The notes beneath the pieces were generated by a model. That model had not been told where the DNA came from and made no database searches. It saw only the letters and a list, made by a program, of their open reading frames with translations. Positions 13,450 to 25,443 of a stretch of 64,000 bases of DNA are shown piece after piece. The first letter of the stretch is position 1, and each line of letters starts with the position of its first letter. The DNA lies in contig CAJINV010000005.1 in assembly GCA_905178155.1 (NCBI GenBank), forward strand, positions 4,071,556 to 4,135,555, in the 5' to 3' direction. Source of the DNA: Amoebophrya sp. A120 (lineage: Eukaryota; Protista; Dinoflagellata). The position numbers were made by a program, and so were the translations under genes.

Positions 13450-16177
13450 TCAGCAGGTGAAAAAGCCATAAGCGGCGTACAGTAGGCCGACAAAGCCGGT
13501 GTTTACGTAGTTCCAGCTGCTGGTATTCATGATGTACATGGCGAGGAGTACGCATATGAGGGCGTACATGCCTTTGATGCACGGGAAGCGTTGTACGAGG
13601 GTGATGGCCAGGGGGATAAACCCGAGCGAAAACTGGATCAGGAAATAGGCCTGCGGCATCGGTTCCGCGTACGAGCCCAGCGACAGGTAAGATAGGTGCG
13701 GGCTGCGCAGGGTCGCTTCCACCACACTCGCTATGGGAGCCGCGCTCGTGTCCGGGAGCCTTTGCGCGGTGATGGGAAGGTAGACGAGCGAAGCGGTCTG
13801 CAGGGCCAGCATCAGCAGAAACGTGCGCTCTTTCTGGAACAGCGTCCGCGTGAGGGGCCACGTCTGTGCAATTTTATATTTCTTTTTTGCCTACTTTACC
13901 AGAGTTGCTTCGAGTTGGAAAGTCGTGCGCAACAAGGATCAATATTTCAGAATTTTTGCATCGGAAGCACGATTGTTTTCGCTTTTCTGTATATTGAAAA
14001 GGAACGAAAAAGTTCAAAAAAATGATGATTTGCACATTCATTGGCTACGTCAGTCAGCTCTAAAAAAAAATAAATACGCTGGGATAGCGGATGACGTAGA
14101 CAACTCCGAGAACTAGGCCAAGAGTGTACTTGCCCAGGGTTAATGGCCATTGTGCTGTGAAGAGAAGTATCAAATGTAAAAGTGTCTGGGTCTGGAAGAA
14201 TGCAACTTGTCATGCTAAATCTGAAGCATGCAAAAATCTGTGTTGCATGATTGCCAAAAGTCGTCCAGTTTTGACCAAGTCGTGAGGGAGTTTCTCATGC
14301 AGGATAGGCATGAGAGAGATCGCACAGAATCTGTCGTGCTAGGTCCTGCATTCCAGGCCTCATGGGTCATGGAAAAGCTGCATGACAAATCGCGCATTCT
14401 TCCAGACCCAGACATATTTGCAATCCATAAGAAGCAGCATGAGGAGGAGCCAGCCGTGCCATCGGGGTTCGACAGTGAAGGTCTGCATTTGAAGAAACTC
14501 ATCGCGAATCTGTGAGGGCGCGATTTTGGGATTCTGAAAGTGGTACAGGCACTGCAGGCATACTAGCGTCGGCTCGATGCCTCGCAAGATGGGAATTGGG
14601 CTGAGACTATCGACTGCAAGAAAGGGTGTCTTGGACAGCAAAATAATATACTCAATTTATTTCGGTGGAGTTGAAGATATCGATCATTATCGTGACCATG
14701 AACAAGGACGACCCCTGTTTTCTGCATCTTGAGATGACTGCTTGTTCAAAGTCCACTTACTTTCTGCAAGAAGATCACGTTCCGACATAATTTCTATGTC
14801 CAGTAAAAAATGAGGACTGTGAACAAATCTATCACTTTTGGCGTTCGGGAGCGAAGCCCTCAGCTGAAAATGCATTTGCACAAGCCTTCCTCCCTACATG
14901 AGCTGTAAATCTGCTGAACCAACTGACATCCTTGTGTTCGATACGCCCCGCCTTCAGGGGTAACGGAGAGCTCAAAATCCGTCAGCCTGAAGTAACTCTG
15001 GAAAGCAACCATGGCAGCGTGCAGAACGTATACAAGGGGAAAACGATTTTGCCACCGTAATCTACTTGCGACGTCATGCACCGAGTCCCGCAAGACCAAG
15101 AGCAAGACGCGCACGTTCTTCATAGCGTGCGCGTTCCCGCCAGTAAAAACCTATTCGATAGCCATACACTCATGATTTGCCTTAAGGGCGGCGCACTGCA
15201 GATTTTCTCTCTACTGACACAAGCTAGTCCTAGTTCGTTGCATTTCGTGGTCATGATGATGGTGTCATGGGTAGAATTTGGGTGTCGTGAGACAAGAATT
15301 ACGGTGGTGCACGTGCAGTATCTGTGTGCGATAAACCCAGAAACCGCTTCAAAAAAGTACTGGTTCCGATAAGCGATTCATACGTGTACCTGTGGCAGTT
15401 GTGTACAAGTTTTTCTGTTCCTACAAATTTCCATGGATTTTGATTTTCTATTTTAATGGACTGTCTGTGATGGTTTCCCAGCGCACGTGCTGCTGCTGGT
15501 ACAACTTTGCACCCCCATGCTGGTGTCGAGAATTGCGACAGTTGTTTTTCTATCGCGAGAGATGAAACCTGACTAAGTACAACTAGCTCAGCAATTGAGT
15601 TTAGTGTGCACGAAAGAAAACAATATTGTAGTCCAGCAAACAACAAACAAAAATGAAAATTGTTCTATCTTTATCTTTTTCATTAGCATTACCCGAATAT
15701 AATGAGCATGCTCCCGATGAGGCACGTGCGCAAAAAGCCCGAGTACGGAACGAACCAGTGTAGTATTGCGCTTGTGATCAGTTGGTTGTTACTGCTGTAG
15801 GCGCCACTGGTCGGTGCTGCGGCGTTAGGTGTTGCGCTGGTATCGGCGCCGCCGCGTGTTGTGCTTGTTTCTGGTCCCCGCCCCGTTGGGGAGCTGACGG
15901 CGCGACTTAGGGAGTCCAGATTTAGAACCCATCCCCTGCTGGTGTCAACATAGCCATACCAGTCGAGCCACCAAACACCCCACATCATCAGGAAAAAGGA
16001 GAAGCAGAAGGGCGGCGCTTTTTTGGTTCGGCTGAACACATGCATCAGAGTAAACACGCTCTTACAGCAGTCTTTGCAGAACTGGGCCGGGCCCTTCTCT
16101 GCAGCCGGGTTCCGAACTGCCGACATAGGTTTTCTTTTCGCAGTTACGCTGGAATAAACAGGTTTGAATCTCGACAA
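13450..16177 (-). CDS. Multi-pass membrane protein of unknown function, multi-exon
   Basis: Hydrophobic ORFs 15689..16177, 14860..15123, 14360..14641 and 13450..13812. Introner removal gives WHGWLLLMLL|LFTAQWPLTLGKYTLGLVLGVVYVIRYPS, then GT-AG intron 13864-14077 joins in frame to TWPLTRTLF. Confidence 0.65.
14168..14429. mobile_element. Introner family 1 (right end of TATGG type)
   Basis: TATCAAATGTAAAAGTGTCTGGGTCTGG ... CCAGACCCAGACATATTTGCAATCCATA; TSD AGAAG. Confidence 0.95.
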
Positions 16178-17323
16178 TCTGTAAACAAAGGGGCTGCGAA
16201 TTCTGGTCGGAACAGAAATACAAGCTGCCTGAACAAAAGTAATACAACACGTCCTCGCATCTTTTACTTCTTACCTTGTTGGTGGTGGAGAGAAACTAAC
16301 CCTCGCGTCCCACGGACCCATGAGGGCAAAACTGGGAGTCTGAAAATGTATTTGACTGCTTGCGAGGAAAACGAGAAATAGATCACCTTATCTATACACA
16401 GCAGCTGCAGATCAGCCATGCCCTTTAACTCTACTATCGATGTCGGCTTCGGCAGATTGACATTGAAAAAATAGCATTCGATTCGGGCCCACTTGCTTCG
16501 GACTTGAATCCTTTTTATTGTACTAGATCTTATTCATTTACTGTGCTCCAGTTTCTGCAGAGCGGGCCCGGGGGCGTGAGGCTTATTGCAAAATCTAATG
16601 TTTCTTCGATCTTGTTTCCCGGCCAAATACAAATTCGAACACGATGCGCGAAAGAGGCCAGTACAAAGTCGGTCTCTTTGAGGAGGTCGAGAGCCCACCG
16701 AATGTTGTAGCCCTTCGGAGGCGGGTGCTTCTTGTGGAGATGAAGAAATAACATCGTAAAACTCCATATCCAATCGATGACAACCACAACTTCTTTTACT
16801 TGCATAATTTCCTGCAGAAAGTGTATAACTGCAATGGCACAACTGCAACTAACAATACTACTACTTACCCGACAGGCGGGCAGTTTGTAGGCAGAAGCCT
16901 CTCTTTTAGGCAGGGTATGCTGCGCATACGAAAAACGTTTATGATTTGTCCGTAGCGTCATAACACACACGAATATACAAAATACTTGTGTCGCAGTCCT
17001 AAACGTGGTGCAGGATTAGGGAAAGCAAACTCTAGTAAGTGGACTTCGAGTTGCGAACAATGCGTGCATGAATTACATTCTACGGAAGACGAAGAACTAT
17101 GCAGGGTGTGCAGAAAAAGAAAAGGAAAGCTTTATACTGGGAAAATTAACGAAAAGATGATGTATGTATGGTGAATGTGGCGCTGGTGCAACGAACTCGA
17201 ACTGCTAGTGCAACTGCAAGTGAATCATGTGATTAAACTGGGTATGACATGGAAATGGTGACACAAAAAAATCCGAGTTAACAGTGTGTGAACGCGGGCT
17301 GCTCGCTTCGGCTTCTTACTTTT

Positions 17324-19093
17324 TTACCAGATAAGAATGAGGTACACCAGGAACCACTCGCCTTTCTCCAGGGTACTGATGTTCTATAACCCTCTCAGGT
17401 GTTACAATCTCAAACGTTACAATAGAATATGGAAATCTGTGATGCAACAAGACTGCACGATCTAGCCAACTTTCATAGGATTGCGCATGACAAGTTCTGG
17501 AGTCCCAATCCGCACTACAATCTGGCGACATTTGTATTGCAGAAAGTGAAATGCTGTCCGAGTCTGTCATGTTCATCATGCAAGACAAATCTCAGACTCT
17601 ATTGCAACGCTTGAGATTGTAACACCTGAGCGGGTTATATGTTCACCTCGTTCTTCTTCTTCGGGAGCTTGTCCGTGAGGTATGCAATGGCGTCCTTTTG
17701 AAAGGCGATGGTGTCCTGATCCAACTCGGCTTATTACAATGAAAAGTGCCCCCATCCCCGAACTTGGAAGCGTTTGCATTGCAAACGTTTCCAAGTGAAA
17801 CATTCGCCCTCTTGCATCTATCAGCATCACAGGTTTCCAATCGTGAATACGAAAAGCAAAAATTTGTATTGCAAAAGACCCCAGCAAGAGCGGCGGTTGT
17901 CATGCAAGCGATGCGATACTTACACGCCTAGACTCTGCATCGGAAAGATTCATACTCCTTTCATGCATGACAAAAAGTTTTCATTTGGAAACTCCGCATC
18001 ACAAATTTTTGCAAATTCAGGGGTGGGGGGCACTTTTCACTGTAATACGGTTTGCCCCTTCTTCGGACTCGCTTCCCGCTCCTCGATTTTCTCCAGTGCC
18101 TTCAACAGCTTGCCCCGCACCCCGTCTTCCGTTTTATTACAGTGAAAAATGCCCCCACCCCCAAAGTTGCAAAAATTTGTGATGCGAAGATTCCAAATGA
18201 AAACTTTTTGTCATGCATGAAAGGAGTATGAATCTTTCTAATGCAGAGTCTAGGCGTGTATCGCATCGCTTGCATGAGAAGCGCCGCTCCTGCTGGGATA
18301 TTTTGCAATACAAATTTTTGCTATTCGCGATCGGAAATCTCTGATGCTGATAGATGCAAGAGGGCGAATGTTTCATTTGGAAAAGTTTGCAATACAAATG
18401 CTCCCAAGTTTGGGGGTGGGGGCATTTTTCATTGTAATACGTTTCGCGTTGGATTTTCTGGGCCTCCTTGATGAAATTCCGGTACATCTTTCGTTCCGCC
18501 TCCTGGTCAATGTTCGTGACGCCGTACTTGCACCGAACCACGATTTTGTCATCCTCCTCGTCTATCCACTCGAAAATCTGCAGCAGCGCACCCCCAGTGT
18601 CAACGAGCACGAACCGCAAGGCGTGAGTAATGTAGTCGCAGCCGTCCCTCTATCAAATTGAAAAACTGTGCCCCCGCCCCAGTAGATTTTATTTCAGAGA
18701 GCGTTTGTACTTCCAAGCCCCCACGACCCTTGATGGTGGAAAAACAAACTCGCAGCCCTGTGCAAGTAGTACTATGTCAGCAACGCGACTTTTCCTCCCA
18801 GAATAATCAAATTTTGCGCTGCCCAGAATAATCAAATTTTGTATTGCGCAGCGGTTCAACATCGTTTTCGTTAGCGATGTCTGTAATAAGGTGAGAGCCG
18901 CGCAACAAGCCTGGTCGGATTCTGGACCGAATCGAAACGAATGAATTTAGTATAGATACATCACATTCATGAGAAAGAGATTCTTCATGTGGAAGCTCTG
19001 CAAGGCAAACACTTCTTCTTTCTGGGGATGCGGAACAACTTTTCAGTGTGATAGGACCGCCATCATGCGCTTCTTCGTCGCTTCATCGTCCAT
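17324..19093 (-). CDS. Hypothetical protein split by four introner-derived introns
   Basis: Reconstructed MDDEATKKRMMA|RDGCDYITHALRFVLVDTGG...KIQRET|EDGVRGKLLKALEKIEEREASPKKGQT|ELDQDTIAFQKDAIAYLTDKLPKKKNEVN|ISTLEKGEWFLVYLILIW*. It may instead splice on into the coding-like ORF 16530..16970. Confidence 0.7.
17385..17639. mobile_element. Introner family 6
   Basis: TATAACCCTCTCAGGTGTTACAATCTCAAACGTTACAATAGA ... TCTATTGCAACGCTTGAGATTGTAACACCTGAGCGGGTTATA; TSD TGTTC. Confidence 0.93.
17732..18047. mobile_element. Introner family 4
   Basis: TATTACAATGAAAAGTGCCCCCATCCCC ... GGGGTGGGGGGCACTTTTCACTGTAATA; TSD CGGCT/CGGTT (1 mismatch). Confidence 0.93.
18135..18439. mobile_element. Introner family 4, inverted relative to 17732-18047
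   Basis: TATTACAGTGAAAAATGCCCCCACCCC ... GGGGTGGGGGCATTTTTCATTGTAATA; TSD CGTTT; interior is a close reverse complement of the neighbouring copy. Confidence 0.95.
18651..19053. mobile_element. Decayed family-4-like introner, now a GT-AG intron (18650-19057)
   Basis: Ends TATCAAATTGAAAAACTGTGCCCCCGCCCC / GGGGATGCGGAACAACTTTTCAGTGTGATA. No TSD match, but the in-frame GT-AG intron is exactly element+5. Confidence 0.75.
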
Positions 19094-21256
19094 CCTCGAG
19101 GATTCGGATTCTTGCACCCAAAGCCGCGTGGATACAGTTTATGGCCTGGACAAAAGAGCGAGCAATTGTATCTGGCACGTGATGTTGCAACTTACTCGGC
19201 AGCAAGCACTACGACCACAAGCAACGGGAGAGCGCAGCCGGCTCCGTGGAGTGCCGGTCTTTCTTTCTAGCAACTCAGCTGGTACGCGAATAAAACACTA
19301 CAATCTTATCAATTTACGCGCCTTGGGTAAAAGCTGTAAAAAATAGGGGAGCAACTTGGGATGGTGTGAACAAGGGCAACTGTAATTGGGTAATATTCAA
19401 TTTCATTTACAATTGTTTGGAGGCTACAGTTTCGGAGTCGTACATAATTCGGGTCCCACTTGTAGTTGCACGTCGACCACGACCTTGTCAGAGCAGAACG
19501 AAATCGGGTGTAGTACGATAAAATAATGTTTCCGCACGAGCGAGACGATGACTTTAATTCGTAGTCAGACACGTGTTGGAAGAGCTCAAGAATTTACGTC
19601 TGTGCGAACAGTGTAGGCCTTCCTTTTGTTCCTTCTCCACGCCTGTCTTATCTACAGCTGTACCTTTCAGTTTCATCTTCTATCTGATTCCGTTTCCGTC
19701 TATGTTGATGTTCCTTTAGGATTACGACCGAACCGGAGAGGAGGAGAGATACTACTTGTACGTGGGGCTATATTCGAACGGCGTGTGACCGCACGATGAA
19801 CACGTTCTTGCTGAGGAAAGCGATAGCGAGAACGAATTTTACCGCGATACGGACATAGACACTGAATCATGTGTCTTTGTCACGACGACCTTGGTGAACT
19901 CTGCTGTCAAGAGCGACAGCACAGTGGCCGCGGGTCGCGAATTACGATCACGATGACGAGGGTGATTTATGTACTGGAAAAGACCAAAATTAAAGCACAG
20001 AGAAGTTTTGAACTTTGTTGAAGTTAAAAGAGAGAGAATGACGTAGGTGGAGTACGTAAATATGAATAATGTGGCCACATATTAATCTAGACTACTGCGA
20101 TGCGCGTATTGTGGGGGCTGGGGACTTCTGCCCTCAGGGTCCCGCAGGCTCTGGCCGGGTCGCTGTTCTGACCTAGAACATAGGCAACCCGGAGCCTGTG
20201 GGTGCTCGCGTAAGTAGAATCAAGGTCATGCGAATGGCACACCGAGGGTGCCGGCTCACTACCATTCGCTGAAACTACTACCGTCCGCAACCAACTACTT
20301 TCGCGCAATTAGAATGACTATAGTCTACTTATAGTGTGTATGTATTTCTATAGTGAGTATGTGAAAATGAAAATGATGTAAAACAAAAACCAGAATGCCA
20401 CGCACTAGAGCGAAGCATTTGCGAAGGTGTACGGATCTATGTGTGTCATGCTTGATCATGTAATTTGTGATGCGTGGGATCGAAACTGGTGCATTTTCAA
20501 ATTTAGTAGAACAGATCTTTTCTCGATCCCAATCTGTCCATTGCGAAGCTGAAATTAGATCTTTATGAGATAAAAGCTACAATTTGATCTAGAGTGTAAT
20601 GCTGGAAATATGAATGTCAATTTTGTACCACTTGGTATTTTTTAAAAAATAAAATAAGAATATAAGTGGGGAGATTACTCCACCCAAGGTAAATACTAGT
20701 ACACTTCTCACGCATATTTACAGTTGCCCAAAGAAAGGCGAAGACGACGAGACTGGGAACATGCATGCATATACAATGTCTGAGCCTAAACTTCGGGCTA
20801 CAGCAGTACGGGCGTTTATTTCACTCAACTTGTTCCCTACACGCTGCGTAAGCGCAGCCCTGGTTGCAAGACAAAGCCATTTTTTGTATGAAATTTAATT
20901 AGAATTAGAGCACGATGACGCGGGTGAGGCACGGGAGCAGCAGCGGGTCCTGGCGCTGCAGCGGCTCGTGCTGTTGCAGCAGCTTCTCCTCTGTGGCGGC
21001 CCCCGCCCTGCTCGCCAAGTCGTTGGCGAAAGTTCACCGGGCGGAGTTTCATGAGTGCCGCGCCTATCGTCCCGCGGATAATGTTGCGGGCGTCGCGTGT
21101 CTTCAGCCCATGGTCCACGTACAGCTTATTTTGGACCTCCTTACTAGTGATCTGATTGTCCCGGCGGTACATCCCGGCTCGCTTGAGCGTACTGTTGCAC
21201 GACAGAGTTGGACGAGGGTGTTTACAGTTTGCATGGACGGAGGACCGATTAGCGCT

Positions 21257-21334
21257 GCTGAGGCGCATTCTCCTAGCGCAGGAGATGTTTTTACAGCCGA
21301 GTCATATTCTCCTAGTGCAGGAGCTGTCTTTACG
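21257..21334. repeat. 39-bp tandem duplication
   Basis: GCTGAGGCGCATTCTCCTAGCGCAGGAGATGTTTTTACA followed by GCCGAGTCATATTCTCCTAGTGCAGGAGCTGTCTTTACG. Confidence 0.8.
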
Positions 21335-22992
21335 TCTCACAAGCGGATGCCAACCAACCGATTATCCCTGCTAGGGTGCCAGCTACACTCGCACCGATTC
21401 TTTCCGACTACTGTGCTTTGGTTAGTTCGCAGTCGAACAATTGACTACAAGCTGGTAGCCCCCCTTCCCTGCAAGGGCGGGGACGCGATAGACACACGAC
21501 GAGTTCGGTGAGCACCATCCTAGGTGCGGGGTAGCTAACCGTCGCAGGTAGGACGAGCGTCAAGAGCGACAGAATTTTGCTGATCGGGCAAAATTGTATC
21601 TATCCGAACGGCTACGCCTACAAATTTCAATCGATCCCCATAAGCCGGAGCAAGGGGATAAGACTCAAGGAATTCGGCCACTGGGCCCCAGTCTCGGCCA
21701 CTCTCCTTTACTTTCTTATCTTGCACGCTACTAGTACCTGGTCGATACCTCTCGCAAATTCTTAGCGAGGCAGGGAAGGTCGTCACAAAATTCAGTTTTC
21801 ATCCCGAATGCTTACACTCCCAACACAGAAATATCCCGACGGCAGTAGTTGCGCGGGAAACAGCGGAAACCGATTGCGATGCTCCCAGCGCATTGAAGAG
21901 CGGGAACTTTATCTATCAGCAGAGGGGGCGGATGGTTTCACCATCATCATCTTCAAGCTGAAGATGTAGCCAGGCTCGACACCTTGGCGCAATCCAGGTC
22001 GCCTGAGCCGGGCTGAGCCGGGCTGAGCCTTTTCGTGCCTTCTTTCAAAGCCTAGCACCAGCAGAGGCAACATCTTGCACAGCGGTGCTGATGTCCTTCA
22101 TGCTGGGCGTGTTTGGTTCAACTTTTACAACAGATTCGAGACCGACAAATCTGGTTCGAAAACAGAGCGAGCTACTTCTGACACTTTTCTTGCGTCAGAA
22201 TTCTTCATCAATCTCAGAGCCTCAGCTGCGAGACCCGCCGATGTTGTCGGCAGCTTTTCCTGCAGTACTCCCCGCAGGTGGTCTCGCTTGACTTGTGGCT
22301 TGTTTCGTTCCACCAGCACACCCTGCTGGCATATTTGCGAGCTTGCTGTAGTTCACCGCTAGCTTGCACAACCTGAGTAAAGTTTGTAAAACACCCCAAG
22401 GAGCAGAGTCGAAACCTGTGTTGCATCTAGTGACTAGCTTGCACTTACAAGGAGCTTCCTATGGAAGGAGCTTTAGGGTGCGTGAACCCAGCATCTTATG
22501 AAGATCCCACGCTGCGGAGATCTTTCCGATCGCCACGCGGAACCTCGAATGGGGACCTTCGGTAATGATCTCAGACGAGAACCTAAAAAGACCTCGCGAC
22601 CACAAAGTGATCTTCTGTTGGTTGAGAGAACCAATCCAAGACCCAGGATACAGAATTAGAGCACGATGACGCGGGTGAGACACGGGAGCAGCAGCTGAAG
22701 GCAGGCCCGCGGGCGGCCGCCGGCAGCCCCGGCGAGTAATAAACTGCTTGGTCTGTGCCCCTCTGTCCTTCCTCGGCGAAGCTGTCGCGCGCCGGCAGAC
22801 CGGCATGAGAAAGCCGACCAAAGCCGTGAAGGACCCTCTTCTGCGGCTTTTTCGCATACGTATTTGTGCAGGGAGGGATCACCTGCCGCCCGTCTGTCTC
22901 TACCTCTGCCGAAGCTCTTTCTGGCCCGAACCCATATCGCCAACGGAAGTCTATAAGCCTATAAGCCTACTTCGTGTCGCCCGTTGCAAAGT

Positions 22993-23280
22993 GGTCTGCG
23001 AATTTTCAAAATTTTATTTTTTATTGGCTGCGAAGGTATGCAAGGCTCGACCGTCTCAACAATTCTACCCTGTTTTTGGCTGCAAAGGTCCGCGGAATTT
23101 CAAAGTTTTATTTTTATCGGCTGCGAAGATCCGCGAAACTTTAAAGTTTTATTTTTATCGACTGCGCGGGTCCGCGAAATTTCAAAATTTTATTTTTATC
23201 GACTGCGCTGGTCCGCGAAATTTTAAAGTTTTATTTTTATTGGCTTCAAAGGTCCGCGGGGTTTTGGCTTTCTATTTTCT
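22993..23280. repeat. 41-bp minisatellite
   Basis: Units resembling CGCGAAATTTCAAAATTTTATTTTTATCGACTGCGCTGGTC start at 23091, 23132, 23173 and 23214, with a partial at 23255 and a degenerate unit near 22997. Confidence 0.9.
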
Positions 23281-24587
23281 TCGAAGGTCTGCAGAAGTCA
23301 TCAGTCCTGCCTATTCGACACCTTCCGCTTTCTTCTTGGTGATGTGTCCACTTATGCCCCATCCTGCTCACGGTAGCCCTTTCCCTGCGTCGATTACCCG
23401 GGCCCGCGGGTCGGCGGCCTTTCGGGGGAGGCAGGGCCCAAGCCCCCTCGGCTTCCGCGGGAGCCGTAGCTTCGATCATATACTAGTAGTACTCTCTTGG
23501 TACTACTACGCCCATCAAAGCGGGGGCGATCATCAGCCAGACAATATTAACAAATTTAGGGCGTCGTCTTCTACTGCTAGGTGCAACTACAGATGGAGAA
23601 AATGAAGATGAGCGTAAAGATAGTATACAATAATAGCTTGCTTGGTGGCGGTCCACGGCAGAGTTGGCAGCCTCCTTTTGGGGCTGCGTCGTGCTGTCCA
23701 CGAAGCATTTGGTGTTGCTTCTGCCCCCACCTTGTTGGGTTCGCTGTTTTTGCTATAATAATTCCTTTCTTCGCTCCCTGTTCCATCCTGCCATCAACAT
23801 CATCAGCACCATCGCCATCGTCCTACCTTGTCTCCCGGTAATTGAAGCTCATAGACGTGGAGTCGAGACTACGGATTGTTCGCTCCGTCTGTCGTGCACA
23901 GCTTTTTCTTTCGGAGGCCCCCGTCGCCCAGAGGGCATGTCCTATCCCCGGAGAAAAGCTGCGTTCGCTCTCCTCTAAATGTACCTGCATGCATCGGCCC
24001 GGGCTTCTTGAGAAGCTCCGAGGCCGTTTGCTGCGTGCTGCGCTTGTCCTGATGGATAACGACAGCAGCGCCCCAGGGGCCGCCCGCGTGGAGGACGCGC
24101 ATGCAGGAATTTTTGGCCCCCTAGATGCCACTTGTCCGTGGCATCCCCTATCGGCTAACGAACTATATTCGACCATCAAGAGCCCACAATTGTTGGCAAG
24201 TGACGGCAAGGGACCCCGATGACGCCGGAGCCCTCGGGGGGGGCCCAAGTGGGGGGGGTAAAATGGTCGGCCATTTTGCGAGCATACCATGCGGTTTAGA
24301 GTTCGTTTTAGGATGCTTTCTGGACCTCAGGTCCCGAAGTTCCTAGGGTCCCCTAAAGGTCCCTAACCCCTAACCTATAAAGTGCTGTATTACGATCACG
24401 ATGACGCGGGTGAGACACGGGAGCAGCAGCAGAATGCATGCGTACATATTACGGAAAGCACATTGACAGGCAGTCGCGGACACAAATGAAATACATCATC
24501 GTCGGTAAATTCCTTTGTCCAGCAAAGACCGGGGTTTGTCTCATATCGACAGTATAATTCTTGTTCATCTATTTGCGGCTAGTAATG

Positions 24588-24814
24588 CTAATCGCCTTTT
24601 TTCACGTTTGCGTTTTCGAATAGCCAATGGTCATCCTCTAGTCGAATTGCCTCGCGACGAAAACCGTCCATAAAGAGCGCAATCCGCTGTCTCTGCTCCT
24701 CCTCGGTAAGCTGTGCCACTGGCTATCGAAGCAGTAAACCACACCACTGCGCTAACGTGCCTCGTCGTGAAAGGAAAAAACAGAGGCAGGAAAAGGTGGG
24801 AAAATAGGAAATGC

Positions 24815-24880
<66 letters not shown>

Positions 24881-25443
24881 CAAAGAGATCCTTCCTTTTA
24901 TTTTCATTCTACCTGTAGTACCTAGCATCCAGAACCATGACAAAAACATATAGTACTGATAGGCCTTGCAGGACAAAGGCGCAGTGATGCCGTCGCTCCT
25001 TCGTTGGTTACCTGTTCCGGATCGAGTGACACTTGCGCCACTTCATCGGCCCGAGCATGTTTCCCCCGTCTGCCATAGGACGCACTTGACGGACCAGCCT
25101 TTTTTCTCTGATTTCCTACGGGTCCCGTGGAAGCGAATCCCGTCGAGGACGACACGACAGAGGTTGGCACGGCGTGGAACTGCGACTGGGATACTGGCTG
25201 CGAAACAGCAGCCGTGGCATTTGCCGAAGTCGTCGACTGGTCGCCCGCTCCTGGAGCTCCGCCTGCAAGCGCTGCGCTGAAAGCAGTGAAGATTGGCAAG
25301 GAAGCTGGGCCTTGGTACTCTGGAGCTGTTTCTGCAATCATATCTTGCTCATTCAAAGACGCAGAAGTGCCACTGCCACCAAACGCAGATGACCCGATGG
25401 AAGCCGATGAGCCACTTACTTGCTCGCCTGGTGGAGAATACAT
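24588..25443 (-). CDS. Two-exon hypothetical protein
   Basis: ORF from ATG 25443 to ...VSLDPEQ, GT-AG intron 24711-25011, then LTEEEQRQRIALFMDGFRREAIRLEDDHWLFENANVKKGD* in frame. Confidence 0.65.
24815..24879. repeat. (GA)n microsatellite inside an intron
   Basis: About 32 GA units with one interruption. Confidence 0.97.

Larger units (their letters stand above)
19941..24430. repeat. Four dispersed direct copies of a 25-44 bp motif CACGATGACGCGGGTGAG(A/G)CACGGGAGCAGCAGC
   Basis: Copies at 19941-19965 (partial), 20901-20944, 22652-22695 and 24389-24430. Confidence 0.85.

Noticed and set aside
14228-14515. Recurrent short ORFs with ILPDPDIF / CKNVWVWK / FQTQTFLHL peptides that look like a protein family
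   Set aside because: These are translations of the family-1 TIR in different frames, not genes.
20088-20327. GACUA/UAGUC pair as group I intron P7
   Set aside because: No P/Q elements or host exon context could be identified.
20901-20944. Island motif as a dinoflagellate spliced-leader relic
   Set aside because: It does not match the DinoSL sequence (DCCGTAGCCATTTTGGCTCAAG) on either strand.
23091-23280. Regularly spaced repeats resembling a CRISPR array
   Set aside because: Contiguous 41-bp tandem units with no unique spacers, no cas genes and a eukaryotic context.
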